This document shows, piece after piece, positions 29,519 through 39,883 of a stretch of 64,000 nucleotides of DNA; within the stretch, counting starts at the first letter, position 1; every line of letters starts with the position of its first letter. The stretch is taken from positions 32,001-96,000 of the forward strand of contig JBBILD010000012.1 in the NCBI GenBank assembly GCA_037445065.1. Reading direction: 5' to 3'. Under the pieces are notes generated by a model. It was not told the DNA's origin. It searched no databases and saw nothing but the letters and a program-made list of their open reading frames with translations. The translations under genes and the position numbers were made by a program. The DNA comes from Myxococcales bacterium (GTDB lineage Bacteria; Desulfobacterota; Binatia; HRBIN30).

Positions 29519-30312
29519 GTCCGTCTGTCCCGCCGCTGTTTTGGCTCGGAGCGTGGGCACTTTGGCGCCGCGAAATCTTGCGTTTTGTACGCCAGCGCAG
29601 CCGGCTTACTGGCGCCTTTCTCCAACCGCTGGTCTTTTGGCTGCTACTCGGCGGAGGCTTTAACGCCTCCTTTCGCCCCGCAGGCGCCAGTGGGAACCTA
29701 TCGTATGTCTCGTATTTCTTCCCCGGCACCGTGCTGCTTGTGCTCCTCTTCACCGCGATTTTTGCGACGATCTCTACCGTGGAAGACCGCAAATCTGGGT
29801 TCCTCCAAGGCGTGCTGGTCGCGCCTCTGCCGCGCTGGATGATCACTCTCGGGCAAACTGCTGGCGGAGCCACGCTCGCATTACTGCAAGGCGTCATCAT
29901 GCTGAGTCTCGCCCCACTGGCCGGGGTTCCCTTGAGTCCGATGGGCTTTGCTGCGGCAGTCGCAATTCTCGCCGTGTTGGCCACGGCGCTAACCAGCATG
30001 GGGCTGGTCATTGCCTGGCGGATGGATTCTACCCAGGGCTTCCACGCCATTATGAACTTGCTCTTGTTGCCCTCGTGGTTCCTATCCGGCGCCTTTTTCC
30101 CCGAAGCCGGTGCTCCCCTGCCGATCCGGGTATTGATGCACCTAAACCCCCTCACCTACGGCATGGCGGCGCTACGGAGAGCCCTATATTGGTCCGAACC
30201 GCACCTACTGCCCCCCCTACCTGGTTGGCCACTGGCGCTCAGCGTGACCGTGGCCTTTGCCGCAACCAGTTTTGCAGCGGCGGTGTGGAGCTCAGAGCGA
30301 CGCCCGGCTTAA
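29515..30312 (+). CDS. ABC-2 type transporter permease
   Basis: Six TM segments, EDRKSGFL, FLSGAFFP, NPLTY; ATGA overlap with the ATPase gene. Confidence 0.92.
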   Translation: MSPSVPPLFWLGAWALWRREILRFVRQRSRLTGAFLQPLVFWLLLGGGFNASFRPAGASGNLSYVSYFFPGTVLLVLLFTAIFATISTVEDRKSGFLQGVLVAPLPRWMITLGQTAGGATLALLQGVIMLSLAPLAGVPLSPMGFAAAVAILAVLATALTSMGLVIAWRMDSTQGFHAIMNLLLLPSWFLSGAFFPEAGAPLPIRVLMHLNPLTYGMAALRRALYWSEPHLLPPLPGWPLALSVTVAFAATSFAAAVWSSERRPA

Positions 30313-30380
30313 CCGCGGCGCGGCGAGTCCACGCTCAGTGCGCCGTGCGGCTCGCTTGTCTACAACGCAAGCGTTTCCGC

Positions 30381-31574
30381 TCACGCCAACGCCAATGCCA
30401 GACTGTCTGCCAGACGGAGGCCCGCTTGGGTAACCCGCCACGCTTCTGCGTCCGGCCGAAGCAGACCCTTCTCGGCCAGCTCGTGCAGCAGCGGCATCTC
30501 TTCCTCCGGATCTTCTCCAAACCGTTCCCGGTACCGGCGGCGGTCAATCCCATCCACACAGCGCAGGCCGACCATGCAAAACTCCAAACGGGCCTGCTCC
30601 CGAGTGAGGTCCTCCCTCCAGGCATGCGCGCATCCGTTCGAACGCACCAGCTCCAGATAGCGAGGGGGCCACTGCGCATTCTTCCAACGCCAGCCAAAAC
30701 CATGCTTCCCGCCCGGGTAGGCGTAACCGGCGGCACCCGCACCGACGCCCACGTACGGTAACCCATGCCAGTAGCTCAAGTTGTGCCGCGAGCGGTACCC
30801 AGGCTGCGCAAAGTTCGACACCTCGTAATGCTCGAACCCAAACTTCTCCCGGAGGATTGCCGACAAATAGTCGAACAACATCGCTTCATCGCGCTCCGAC
30901 ATCGGTGCGAGCTTCCCATCCTCCTTCAATCGGAAAAAGGGCGTCCCAGGTTTGTAGGTCAACACATACGCCGAAATGTGGGTGGCCCCGAGGCGGACCG
31001 CCGTTTGGACGTCACTCTCTACGCGCCACGTGCCGTCGCCGGGCACGCAATAGATGATGTCCACATTCACCGCATCAAACCCGCATTCTTGCGCCCACAG
31101 CAGAGCCTGAACAGCGTCGCGAGCCTCATGGTCACGCCCCAACAGCGCGAGAACTTCGTTGCGGAAGGACTGGACCCCCACACTCAGCCGATTCACCCCA
31201 ATTTTACGGTATCCGCGCAGCTTCTCGACCGTGAGCGTGCGCGGGTTTGCCTCGAGCGTGATTTCCAAGTCGAAGCGAGTGGGCCAGAGTTGCCGAATCT
31301 TGCGGATGACGGCTGCGAAGGATTCGGGCGCGAATAACGACGGCGTACCGCCGCCAAAGTAAACGCTCCGCACCCACCCAATGCCAAACGGCATCACCTG
31401 CGCGTAATACTCCAGCTCGCGGAGAAGCGCCTCCACGTACTCCTCTTCCGGCCACGCATCCACAGCGAACTTGGGGAAATCGCAGTACGGGCACTCCTTC
31501 AAGCAGTACGGGATGTGCACATATACCCCGAAGTCGCCGTGCGGACCCGTTGGCCCCGCGGGTGTTTCGCTCAC
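30381..31574 (-). CDS. hemW: Radical SAM heme chaperone HemW
   Basis: YVHIPYCLKECPYCDF, YFGGGTPS, EANP, YEVSNFA, HNLSYW. Confidence 0.92.
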   Translation of the reverse strand: MSETPAGPTGPHGDFGVYVHIPYCLKECPYCDFPKFAVDAWPEEEYVEALLRELEYYAQVMPFGIGWVRSVYFGGGTPSLFAPESFAAVIRKIRQLWPTRFDLEITLEANPRTLTVEKLRGYRKIGVNRLSVGVQSFRNEVLALLGRDHEARDAVQALLWAQECGFDAVNVDIIYCVPGDGTWRVESDVQTAVRLGATHISAYVLTYKPGTPFFRLKEDGKLAPMSERDEAMLFDYLSAILREKFGFEHYEVSNFAQPGYRSRHNLSYWHGLPYVGVGAGAAGYAYPGGKHGFGWRWKNAQWPPRYLELVRSNGCAHAWREDLTREQARLEFCMVGLRCVDGIDRRRYRERFGEDPEEEMPLLHELAEKGLLRPDAEAWRVTQAGLRLADSLALALA

Positions 31575-32173
31575 GCGTACCTCCGCAACACGGCAATCAC
31601 CACGCCGCGGATCGCTACGTCTTCAGCCCGGGCGACGATCGGCGGCATCGTGGGATGGGCGGGCACCAAACGCACCTGCCCGTGTCCGTCGTGGTAGAAG
31701 CGCTTTACTGTCGCTTCCCCGCGCACCAAAGCTACCACCGTCTCGCCGTTTTCTGCCGTAGCCCGCTCCTCGACGACGATGTAGTCGCCGTCGAAAATGC
31801 CGTCCTGAATCATCGAATCGCCTCGAACTCGGAGCACGAAGCTGTTCGGACGGCGCACGAATGACTCTGGCACCGCAAACGTATCGTCCTGCTCCAACGG
31901 CTCGATCGGCTGACCAGCCGCCACGTAGCCCAGGAGCGGCAGCTCGACCGCCGCGGCCCGTCCGCCACGCGGCACGATTTCGATGGAGCGGCTCAGGTTG
32001 GAGCGGCGGCGGATCCAGCCCCTTTGCTCGAGGTTCGTGAGGTGTTTGTGTACCGTAGCCACCGAAGAAAGGTGGAAGCGCTGGCCAATTTCTTCCAGGG
32101 TCGGCGCATACCCGTTGCGTTCGATGAACTCGCGGATGAAGTCGTAGATTTCCTTTTGCCGCTTGGTGACCAC
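31571..32173 (-). CDS. lexA: SOS repressor LexA
   Basis: TKRQ..GYAPT..EI HTH, VAAG cleavage site, GDSM (Ser), ATVKR (Lys). Confidence 0.96.
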   Translation of the reverse strand: MVTKRQKEIYDFIREFIERNGYAPTLEEIGQRFHLSSVATVHKHLTNLEQRGWIRRRSNLSRSIEIVPRGGRAAAVELPLLGYVAAGQPIEPLEQDDTFAVPESFVRRPNSFVLRVRGDSMIQDGIFDGDYIVVEERATAENGETVVALVRGEATVKRFYHDGHGQVRLVPAHPTMPPIVARAEDVAIRGVVIAVLRRYA

Positions 32174-32220
32174 GAACCGCCTCTTCTGTACCCTGGCCGC
32201 ACCTGCTGTGCGCTTCGGCT

Positions 32221-32237
32221 AGCGAAGGAACAGCGAA
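32221..32237. promoter_or_regulatory. Candidate LexA operator, direct repeat AGCGAA-N5-AGCGAA
   Basis: 11-bp period direct repeat about 50 bp upstream of the lexA start. Confidence 0.4.
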
Positions 32238-32296
32238 ACCGCAACCAGAACGGCACCGTTGCAGCCTGGCGGGGGCAAAGGTATCGGCCTTGCGCC

Positions 32297-34114
32297 ATGA
32301 CCACAGCCAGCACTCCCGGCTCACGGGCAGCACGCGAACCCCGCTGGGATCTTCGCGCTCTCTACCGCGGACTCGATGACCCCCAATTAGAAAGCGATCT
32401 CGACCACTCGCTGGCTTGGGCCCTCGACTTCCGCCAGCGACTGAGCGGCCGGATGGCCGAACTCGACGCCACCGCTCTGGCGAGGGCGGTGGAGGAACTC
32501 GAGGCCATTTCCGAACTGGTCGGCCGTTACACTGCGTTTGCAGAGCTGTTGCATGCGGCGGACGCCCGTCCTCCGGCGCATGGCGCCCTCTTGTCACGGG
32601 TCCAGACGCGCGCCTCGGAAGTGCGCCAGGCGCTGCTGTTCTTCGAACTCGAATGGATACGCTTGCCTGAGAACCAAAGCCAGGCCTTGCTCGCCGATGA
32701 CGCGCTGGCTCGCTACCGGCACTTCCTGCGCCGGCTGTTGCACTACCGCCCACACGTGCTGAGCGAAGCCGAGGAGCGGATCTTGGAGGAGAAGGCCAAC
32801 ACGGGGGCGCGCGCCTTTGCTCGTTTGTTCGACGAGGAGCTGAGCCTCTCGACGTTCCGTGTGCGTCACGATGGCGGGGAGCGCGAACTCACCGAGAGCG
32901 AGGTGCTGGCCTTGCTCTACGAACCGGATCGCGAGTTGCGCCGCGCGGCGGCCGAGGGACTGAGCCGCGGGCTCGAACAGCAAGCGCGCCGCCTCGCCTA
33001 CATTTGGAACGTGCTGGTGCAAGACCACGCTTCCGACGACCGCTTGCGCGGTTATTCCGACCCCATGCAGGCGCGCCACCTCGCCAACGAAGTCAGCGCA
33101 ACCGTGGTCAACACCCTGCTTTCCACCTGCGAGCAGCATTACGAGCTCGCCCAACGCTATTACCGGCTCAAGCAACGGCTGCTCGGGCTCGACACCCTTT
33201 TCGATTACGACCGCTACGCGCCGGTCGCCGCCGCGTTGCCGAGCGCGGACTGGGAACAGGCGAAGCGCACGGTCCTGTCAGCCTTCGCTCGCTTTTCTCC
33301 AACTATGGCCGACATCGCCCGCCGCTTTTTCGAAGGGCAATGGATTGACGCCGAGCCGCGTCCCGGCAAGCGCGGGGGTGCTTTTAGCTCGGCCACCGTT
33401 CCCTCCGCGCACCCGTTCGTGCTGTTGAATTTTACCGGCCGCCTGCACGACGTCATGACCCTGGCTCATGAACTGGGGCATGGCGTCCACCAGTACCTGG
33501 CGCGCAAGCAAGGGTACTTGCAGATGGATTCGCCCCTTACGCTGGCGGAGACCGCAAGTGTGTTCGGGGAAATGCTCGTGTTCCAGTCGCTCAAGGCGGA
33601 ACTCGAGACCCCCGCGCAACGTTTGGCACTGCTCTGCCACAAACTCGAAGACACCATCGCGACCGTGTTCCGCCAGGTCACCCTCACCCGCTTCGAGCAA
33701 AGGGTGCACGCGGAATATCGGCAACAGGGCGAACTCGCGCCCGAGCGCTTGAGCGAGCTGTGGCAGGAAGAAAACGCCCGCCTGTACGGAGACGCGGTGC
33801 GGCTCAGCGAGGGCTACCGGTGGTGGTGGTCGTACATTCCGCACTTCGTCCACACACCTTTTTACTGTTACGCCTACGCCTTCGGTGAACTGGTCGTGCT
33901 CTCACTCTTCGAACTGTACCAGCAGCAAGGCTCTGACTTTGTGCCCCAGTACCTGGCCCTGTTGGAACGCGGCGGGTCTGCTTCACCCGATGAACTACTC
34001 GAACCGTTCGGCATTCGGCTCGAGCAGCCCGACTGCTGGCGGCTCGGACTCAGGCCCTTGCAGCGCTTGCTAGCCGAGGCCGAGGAGCTGGCCGCGGCAG
34101 TGATGGGCGGCTGA
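32297..34114 (+). CDS. M3B oligoendopeptidase (PepF-like)
   Basis: WDLRALY, GKRGGAF, TLAHELGHGVH, LAETASVFGE, IPHF..PFYCYAY. Confidence 0.93.
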   Translation: MTTASTPGSRAAREPRWDLRALYRGLDDPQLESDLDHSLAWALDFRQRLSGRMAELDATALARAVEELEAISELVGRYTAFAELLHAADARPPAHGALLSRVQTRASEVRQALLFFELEWIRLPENQSQALLADDALARYRHFLRRLLHYRPHVLSEAEERILEEKANTGARAFARLFDEELSLSTFRVRHDGGERELTESEVLALLYEPDRELRRAAAEGLSRGLEQQARRLAYIWNVLVQDHASDDRLRGYSDPMQARHLANEVSATVVNTLLSTCEQHYELAQRYYRLKQRLLGLDTLFDYDRYAPVAAALPSADWEQAKRTVLSAFARFSPTMADIARRFFEGQWIDAEPRPGKRGGAFSSATVPSAHPFVLLNFTGRLHDVMTLAHELGHGVHQYLARKQGYLQMDSPLTLAETASVFGEMLVFQSLKAELETPAQRLALLCHKLEDTIATVFRQVTLTRFEQRVHAEYRQQGELAPERLSELWQEENARLYGDAVRLSEGYRWWWSYIPHFVHTPFYCYAYAFGELVVLSLFELYQQQGSDFVPQYLALLERGGSASPDELLEPFGIRLEQPDCWRLGLRPLQRLLAEAEELAAAVMGG

Positions 34115-34157
34115 GGCAGCTTGTGACTCTGCGCGGCGAGGACTACAGGACACACCC

Positions 34158-34484
34158 ATGCAGATCCTCATGGTCAAGAAGCGCCTTGCGGACGGCTCCG
34201 AGTGCCGCAAGTGCCGAGAGGTGACGGAACTTCTCCAAGGGAAAGGCCTATGGGCCCGCATTGACGAGGTGGTGTGGGCCGACGAGCGCGACCCGCAAAG
34301 CCCTGGCATGCAACTGAGCCGCACGCTCGGAGTTGACCGCGCGCCGTTCTTTGTGGTGCGCGACGACACGACCGAGACGGTCTACACCAACGTCTTGCAA
34401 CTCATCCGGGAACGGCTCCGCACAAGCCTCACCAGCACAGAAAAAGCCTGTGCGATCGACCCGGATGACGTCGGCGGGATCTAA
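34158..34484 (+). CDS. Small hypothetical CxxC (thioredoxin/glutaredoxin-like) protein
   Basis: ECRKC near the N-terminus, GVDRAPFFVV cis-Pro-like motif; RBS AGGA. Confidence 0.75.
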   Translation: MQILMVKKRLADGSECRKCREVTELLQGKGLWARIDEVVWADERDPQSPGMQLSRTLGVDRAPFFVVRDDTTETVYTNVLQLIRERLRTSLTSTEKACAIDPDDVGGI

Positions 34485-34551
34485 CGGGCACGGGCACTAA
34501 CCAGCGGGGAGTGGCGGGGCGGGGCTTCCCCCTGATCCACCCGACCTCCGC

Positions 34552-35280
34552 TCAGCGCACGTTGCCCGCGTGCAGACCGCACTCTTTTTGCGTTTCCTCT
34601 TCCCACCACCAGCGCCCCGCTCGCTCGTGCTCTCCTGGATTGGTCGGGCGAGTGCACGGTTCGCAGCCGATCGAAATGAAGCCGCGGTTGTGCAGCTCGT
34701 TGTAGGGAACGCGGTTCTCGTTGATGTAGGCCCACACCTGCTTCGAGGTCCAGTTCGCGAGCGGATTGAACTTCACGAGAGGCCGCTCCTCTGACCCGAA
34801 CGTGGGGTCCACTTGAATCACCGGCACATCGGCGCGGGTGCCCGGGCTTTGGTCGCGCCGCTGGCCGGTCACCCAAGCTTTGAGCGGTGCTAGTGCGCGT
34901 ACCAAGGGCTCGACCTTGCGAATGCCGCAGCACTCCTTGTGGCCGTCTTTGTAAAAGGAAAACAGCCCTTTTTCGCGGACCAGCTTCTCCACTGCCTCCG
35001 GACGAGGGAAATACACTTCGATCGGAATCCCATAGTGCTCGCGAACCTTCTCCAGAAACCGGTAGGTTTCCGCATGCAGGCGACCGGTGTCCAAACTGAA
35101 CACGCGGAAGTTCCCGCCAATCTTGTGCGCCATGTCCACGAGCACGACGTCTTCCGCACCGCTGAACGAGATCGCAATTTCTCCCGGATACTCTTTCAGC
35201 GCGAGTGCCAAGATGTCGCGCGGATGACGGTCCGCGTACTGTGCTGCCAACGCTGAAATCTGGTTCAACGCAATCGCCAT
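34552..35280 (-). CDS. cysH: Adenosine 5'-phosphosulfate (APS/PAPS) reductase
   Basis: [34 protein letters not shown]; the CC/CxxC pattern indicates the Fe-S APS type; ATG at 35280 follows GGAG. Confidence 0.94.
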   Translation of the reverse strand: MAIALNQISALAAQYADRHPRDILALALKEYPGEIAISFSGAEDVVLVDMAHKIGGNFRVFSLDTGRLHAETYRFLEKVREHYGIPIEVYFPRPEAVEKLVREKGLFSFYKDGHKECCGIRKVEPLVRALAPLKAWVTGQRRDQSPGTRADVPVIQVDPTFGSEERPLVKFNPLANWTSKQVWAYINENRVPYNELHNRGFISIGCEPCTRPTNPGEHERAGRWWWEEETQKECGLHAGNVR

Positions 35281-35602
35281 TCCCTGGACTCCTTCTCCTG
35301 ATCTTCTGCGAGGTTCTCGCCGCTCCAACGAAGGCGTGTTACCTACGCCCGTGCTCCCTCGCAAGGGCCACGCTTCGCCAGTCGTGGATCGCGCAGCCGA
35401 CTCGGTTCGTGGCCCCGCAACGCGGAGGGGCTACTCGGGGTTCGCTGACCCTCTCACGACCGATTTCCACCGCGTTCGCGCTCACGGTAGCCCGGCCGCC
35501 GCCCGCTCTCTGCTTCTCCGACTGCGCCCTCCAGAGACCACCCACTGGGTCTGCTTCCGCGGACGGGCACTCCATCACCTCATGTAAAAATCGGGCATGA
35601 CG

Positions 35603-37756
35603 TTAGCCCCTAGCCTGCTCCCCGCAGCGATCCTGCTGGCCGCCGCATCCCTGCAAAGCGTGCAGCACCGCACAAACGACGTGTGCCACATGGACTTCCC
35701 CGTCAGGAGCCCCGGCTTGGCAGACCGCTGGTGGACTACCGAAAATGCGGTTCACGAGGCGGATGATTTCGTCTACGGTCACGCTGCCGTCCCCGTTGCA
35801 GTCTCCCACGCAGCTCACCCGGTCACCTGGCCCATAGCCGTCGTCCGTGGCTGTCGCACTCGCTGTGGCGACCGGCGAGGGCGTCGGCGAAGCCGGTTCG
35901 ATCGTCGGACTCAGGGTCACAGAGGCAATTAGGGTCGGATGCGATCCGGGCGATGCGCTTGGTGTCTGTGTGGCGATCACGAGCGGTGACTCCACCGCTG
36001 GCGGGGTCGGAGACAGCACCGGCGTCGGCGACCGACGCGGCTCGACGCTCACGAGGCCAGTTCGCTCGCTCACCACCACCCATGCGTTTGCGGGCAGCGG
36101 CCCCCAACTCTCGACCCGCCCGCTCGGCCAGCGGACGCGCAGTTCGTCCACGCGGTGTGCCATTCCCAATCCAAAGTGGGCTTCGGCCGGGTCTTGCGAA
36201 ACGAAGTTGTTCCCACAGCGCAGCTCGCGCATTTGCTGCAAATTGCCGGCTCGAATCCAGACCCGTGCGCCGATCGCTTCGCGGTTTGCACCGGAGCCGC
36301 GCAGGCGCACGGAGAAAAAGTTCCCGGGTGGCGCGTCGTTTCGATAAAAGCGCGCTTCGCCCGCAATGTTGCCGACAAACACATCGAGGTCCCCATCCCG
36401 ATCCGCATCGAAGGCAACGACGGCGCGCCCCTGCCCGCGGTCGTCGAGGCCAAGAGCCTGCGCCTGCTCGATAAAACGGCCGTTCCCTTGATTGACGAAC
36501 AGCCGCGCAGGGTCTGCGTGGAACTCGTGTGCGTTGGGGTCGTCGCTTCGCCAGCCGTTCACGTGAAACAGGTCGAGCCAGCCGTCGTTGTTGAAGTCGG
36601 CAAAGGTGGCAGCCCAGCCCCAGTAGCCTTCCCGCACTCCGGCCAGGTCCGTGACATCGTCAAACGAGCCATCGCCCCGGTTGCGATACAACCGGTTGCC
36701 ACTCACATACCAGTTGTTGCCGCGGTTGTCTTGGTCTGGATCCCAGATGCTACTCACGAACCAGTCCAAATCTCCGTCGTTATCGTAGTCTCCGACCGCG
36801 GCACCCATCCCGTTCTCGTCCGAGATCGTTGCATCGGTGATCTCCGTAAACTGCCCTGCCCCTTGGTTGCGGAACACTTTGCTTTGGCGGAAGTCCCCCG
36901 CCACCAGCAAGTCCAGCCAGCCGTCGCTATCGAGGTCGGCGAAATTGCCAGTAAACGAAAGATCGCCGATCTCTCCGGTCGAGAACGTGTATGCCGCCGT
37001 GATACCGCTCGGCACGCTGATGTCCGTAAACGTGCCATCTCCGTTATTGCGCCACAGATGCTCGCTCGAGCCCGGGGGACGAAACTCGCCCCAGTGGGTG
37101 AGGAACAAGTCCAAGTCACCATCACCGTCCACATCCCCCCAGGAAGCGGAGAACGTATCGCGCGTGGCGCGCAGCCCCGAGCGTTCCGTGACGTCCTCGA
37201 ACGTACCGTTGCCGAGGTTGCGAAACAGCCGGATTTGCCCGCGCTGGGGGGTGCGCACCCCGTCACAAAAACCCGTCTTCTGCGGGCAAACCAGCGCGCC
37301 TACGAAGAGATCCAAGTACCCGTCGCCGTCGAAATCCACAAAGCTCGGGCCCACGCTGATCTGGCCCGACAGGTCAACCCCGGCCTGACGGCCGACCTCG
37401 TCGAAGGTGCCATCGCCGCGGTTGCGGAAGAGCCGATTCGGCGCCGCGCTGCCGCCGACCACGTACAAATCGAGCCAGCCGTCACCATCGTAATCGCCCG
37501 CTGCCGCTCCCCCGCTGCTCCATTCCACACCACTGAGCGTCTCCTCCGCAAAACCGTGAAACGCTACCAAACCACTGGCCGCCGTGTGGTCTTCAAAGCT
37601 CCAGTCCGCACGCGCCACCGGTACTGGAAGAAACTCGAGGCAAATCCACAGCACCTCGCTCGCGAGCGTCCCCGCCACCCGCAGCCGCCCGCGGCGGAAA
37701 CGCTGCGTCGCGCGCAGCATCTGCCCTGCTGGCCAGAGGCGACGTGCCCAGCTCAT
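35603..37756 (-). CDS. CRTAC1/ASPIC-UnbV family FG-GAP repeat protein with C-terminal dockerin-like module
   Basis: Multiple DxDxDGxLDL / LFRNxGDGTF repeats; [20 protein letters not shown]; terminal [17 protein letters not shown]. Confidence 0.9.
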   Translation of the reverse strand: MSWARRLWPAGQMLRATQRFRRGRLRVAGTLASEVLWICLEFLPVPVARADWSFEDHTAASGLVAFHGFAEETLSGVEWSSGGAAAGDYDGDGWLDLYVVGGSAAPNRLFRNRGDGTFDEVGRQAGVDLSGQISVGPSFVDFDGDGYLDLFVGALVCPQKTGFCDGVRTPQRGQIRLFRNLGNGTFEDVTERSGLRATRDTFSASWGDVDGDGDLDLFLTHWGEFRPPGSSEHLWRNNGDGTFTDISVPSGITAAYTFSTGEIGDLSFTGNFADLDSDGWLDLLVAGDFRQSKVFRNQGAGQFTEITDATISDENGMGAAVGDYDNDGDLDWFVSSIWDPDQDNRGNNWYVSGNRLYRNRGDGSFDDVTDLAGVREGYWGWAATFADFNNDGWLDLFHVNGWRSDDPNAHEFHADPARLFVNQGNGRFIEQAQALGLDDRGQGRAVVAFDADRDGDLDVFVGNIAGEARFYRNDAPPGNFFSVRLRGSGANREAIGARVWIRAGNLQQMRELRCGNNFVSQDPAEAHFGLGMAHRVDELRVRWPSGRVESWGPLPANAWVVVSERTGLVSVEPRRSPTPVLSPTPPAVESPLVIATQTPSASPGSHPTLIASVTLSPTIEPASPTPSPVATASATATDDGYGPGDRVSCVGDCNGDGSVTVDEIIRLVNRIFGSPPAVCQAGAPDGEVHVAHVVCAVLHALQGCGGQQDRCGEQARG

Positions 37757-37956
37757 GCCACTGCACCCCGCTTCCCGCTTGCATACTCCGCAGGAAGAAC
37801 GGATGGCAAGGAACAAAGTGCAGCCTATGCCACCCCGCACGCCCCCCTGCCGAGCAGCTCCTCACCGTTTCGCCGGCCACGCCCCTCAACCCGGCTGGGA
37901 AACAATTGCGGCCCGGCGCGAAAGCATTTAGATCGCTGGCTCTGCGAGGGAGGAAC

Positions 37957-38586
37957 ATGGCCAATCTCAAGTCGAAGCACGTGGTGTGGCACCCGGGGAT
38001 GGTGACCAAAGAAGACCGCGAGGCCATCACCGGGCATCGCGCGTGTACGATTTGGCTCACGGGGCTTCCCGCCTCTGGCAAATCCACCATTGCCGTGGCA
38101 CTCGAGAAAGCGCTGTGGGAGCGTGGCGTTCACGCTTTTGTGCTCGACGGCGACAACATCCGCCACGGCTTGAACCGTGACCTGGGTTTCTCCCCCAAAG
38201 ATCGCGAGGAAAACATCCGCCGGATCGGCGAAGTCGCCAAGCTGTTCACCACCGCGGGGGTGATCAACATCACGGCCTTCATTTCACCATACCGTGCGGA
38301 TCGTGATCGCGTGCGGGCGCTCATGCAGGCCGGAGAGTTCATCGAAGTGTTCGTGGACTGCCCGCTCGAGGTTTGCGAGCAGCGCGACCCCAAGGGCCAC
38401 TACAAAAAGGCACGTGCTGGAGAGATCCCGGAATTCACAGGAGTCTCTGCACCCTACGAGCCGCCGCTCCACCCCGAACTGATTTTGCACACCGATCGCG
38501 AATCGGAAGCCGAGTGTGTGGCCCGGGTTCTCCGGTACTTAGAAGAGCACCAGTACATCCCCCCAGTAGAGGATGCTCAGCGTTAG
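37957..38586 (+). CDS. cysC: Adenylyl-sulfate kinase
   Basis: [37 protein letters not shown]; strong RBS GGAGG. Confidence 0.96.
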   Translation: MANLKSKHVVWHPGMVTKEDREAITGHRACTIWLTGLPASGKSTIAVALEKALWERGVHAFVLDGDNIRHGLNRDLGFSPKDREENIRRIGEVAKLFTTAGVINITAFISPYRADRDRVRALMQAGEFIEVFVDCPLEVCEQRDPKGHYKKARAGEIPEFTGVSAPYEPPLHPELILHTDRESEAECVARVLRYLEEHQYIPPVEDAQR

Positions 38587-38641
38587 GCCGGAAACCAACG
38601 CTCCCTTGACCGCCGCTCACAACGGTTGGTAACGCAAGCGC

Positions 38642-39883
38642 ATGTCCCCACAGCTCGGCAACCTCAGCGGTATCCGCATTCTCGAGCGAAGCGGGGAGTG
38701 CGCCGCGTTAGCTGGAAAGTTTCTCGCGGAACTCGGCGCCGAGGTGATCAAGGTGGAACCACCACAGGGCGAGCCGAGCCGCCGTCGTGGTCCCTTCATC
38801 GGGGAGGAGAACCCTGAACGCTCCGTTCCCTTTCTGGCTTACAACACCAGCAAGCGTGGCATTACGCTGGCTAGCCACCATCCTCGGGCCCGTGCTGTCT
38901 GGCGGGCGTTGGTCGAGAGTGCCGACGTGGTGCTCTACTCCGTAGGCGACGAAGACTCCCGGGCTTGGGGACCTCTCCCCGCCAGCGACGAGGACATGCT
39001 GGCGTGGAACCCGCGACTCGTGGTTTGCCGGGTGAGTCCGTTTGGCCACGGAGGGCCCTACGCAAGCCGCCGCGGCTCCGATCTGACCGTGGTCGCCCTC
39101 GGCGGAAACCTCTATCCAACCGGGAATCCAGACCGTGCTCCGGTGCGTTGCAGCCTTCCCGTTTCCCACTTCCACGGCGGGATCGAAGCCGCCGTGGCGG
39201 TCAGTTTTGGACTCTGGGGAGTCGCCACACGGGGCCACGGCGACACTCTCGATGTCTCGCTGCAAGCGTGCATGGTCATGCCAAACATGACGACACCGAT
39301 GCAGTTCCCGTTTACGGGTTTCGCCGGTAAGCGCGTGGGCGGCGGGTTTCGCGGCGCACGGGCGTTCTTCCGCGAGCTCTGGCCCTGCAAAGACGGCTAC
39401 GTTTCGTTCGCCCTGCGCGGCGGTCCGGCGCGCATTCCTGGCATCAAGGCTCTGGTGCAATACATGGACGAGTGCGGCATGGCCCCACCGGCGCTGCGCG
39501 ACCGCAACTGGGACGAATACAACCACAACGTGATCACACAAGCAGAGGTGGACGAAATCGAAGAGGCTCTGGCCGCGTTCTTTCGCACCAAGACCATGCA
39601 GGAACTGTTCGAGGTTGCCTGCGCGCGGAACTTGCTTTTGGCGCCGGCGAACACGGCGCGCGAAATTGTCTCCTCTCGCCAACTTGCCGCGCGCGAGTTT
39701 TTCGTGCGCATCGAGGACCCCAAACGCTCCCTCACCCTGTTGTACCCGGGCGCTTTTGCCCGCAACAGTTTGGGCAACATCCGCGTGCGCGGTCCTGCGC
39801 CCATGCTTGGCGAGCACAACGCCGAGGTGTATGCCGCTCTCGGCTTTGACCCCGTGGGGCTCGCCAAGGAAGGTGTGATCTGA
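38642..39883 (+). CDS. Family III CoA-transferase (CaiB/BaiF), subunit 1
   Basis: LAELGAEVIKVEPPQG, NTSKR, CKDGY, APMLGEHN. Confidence 0.92.
   Translation: MSPQLGNLSGIRILERSGECAALAGKFLAELGAEVIKVEPPQGEPSRRRGPFIGEENPERSVPFLAYNTSKRGITLASHHPRARAVWRALVESADVVLYSVGDEDSRAWGPLPASDEDMLAWNPRLVVCRVSPFGHGGPYASRRGSDLTVVALGGNLYPTGNPDRAPVRCSLPVSHFHGGIEAAVAVSFGLWGVATRGHGDTLDVSLQACMVMPNMTTPMQFPFTGFAGKRVGGGFRGARAFFRELWPCKDGYVSFALRGGPARIPGIKALVQYMDECGMAPPALRDRNWDEYNHNVITQAEVDEIEEALAAFFRTKTMQELFEVACARNLLLAPANTAREIVSSRQLAAREFFVRIEDPKRSLTLLYPGAFARNSLGNIRVRGPAPMLGEHNAEVYAALGFDPVGLAKEGVI

Noticed and set aside
36155..38005. 616-aa plus-strand ORF
   Set aside because: Antisense shadow of the ASPIC/UnbV gene.
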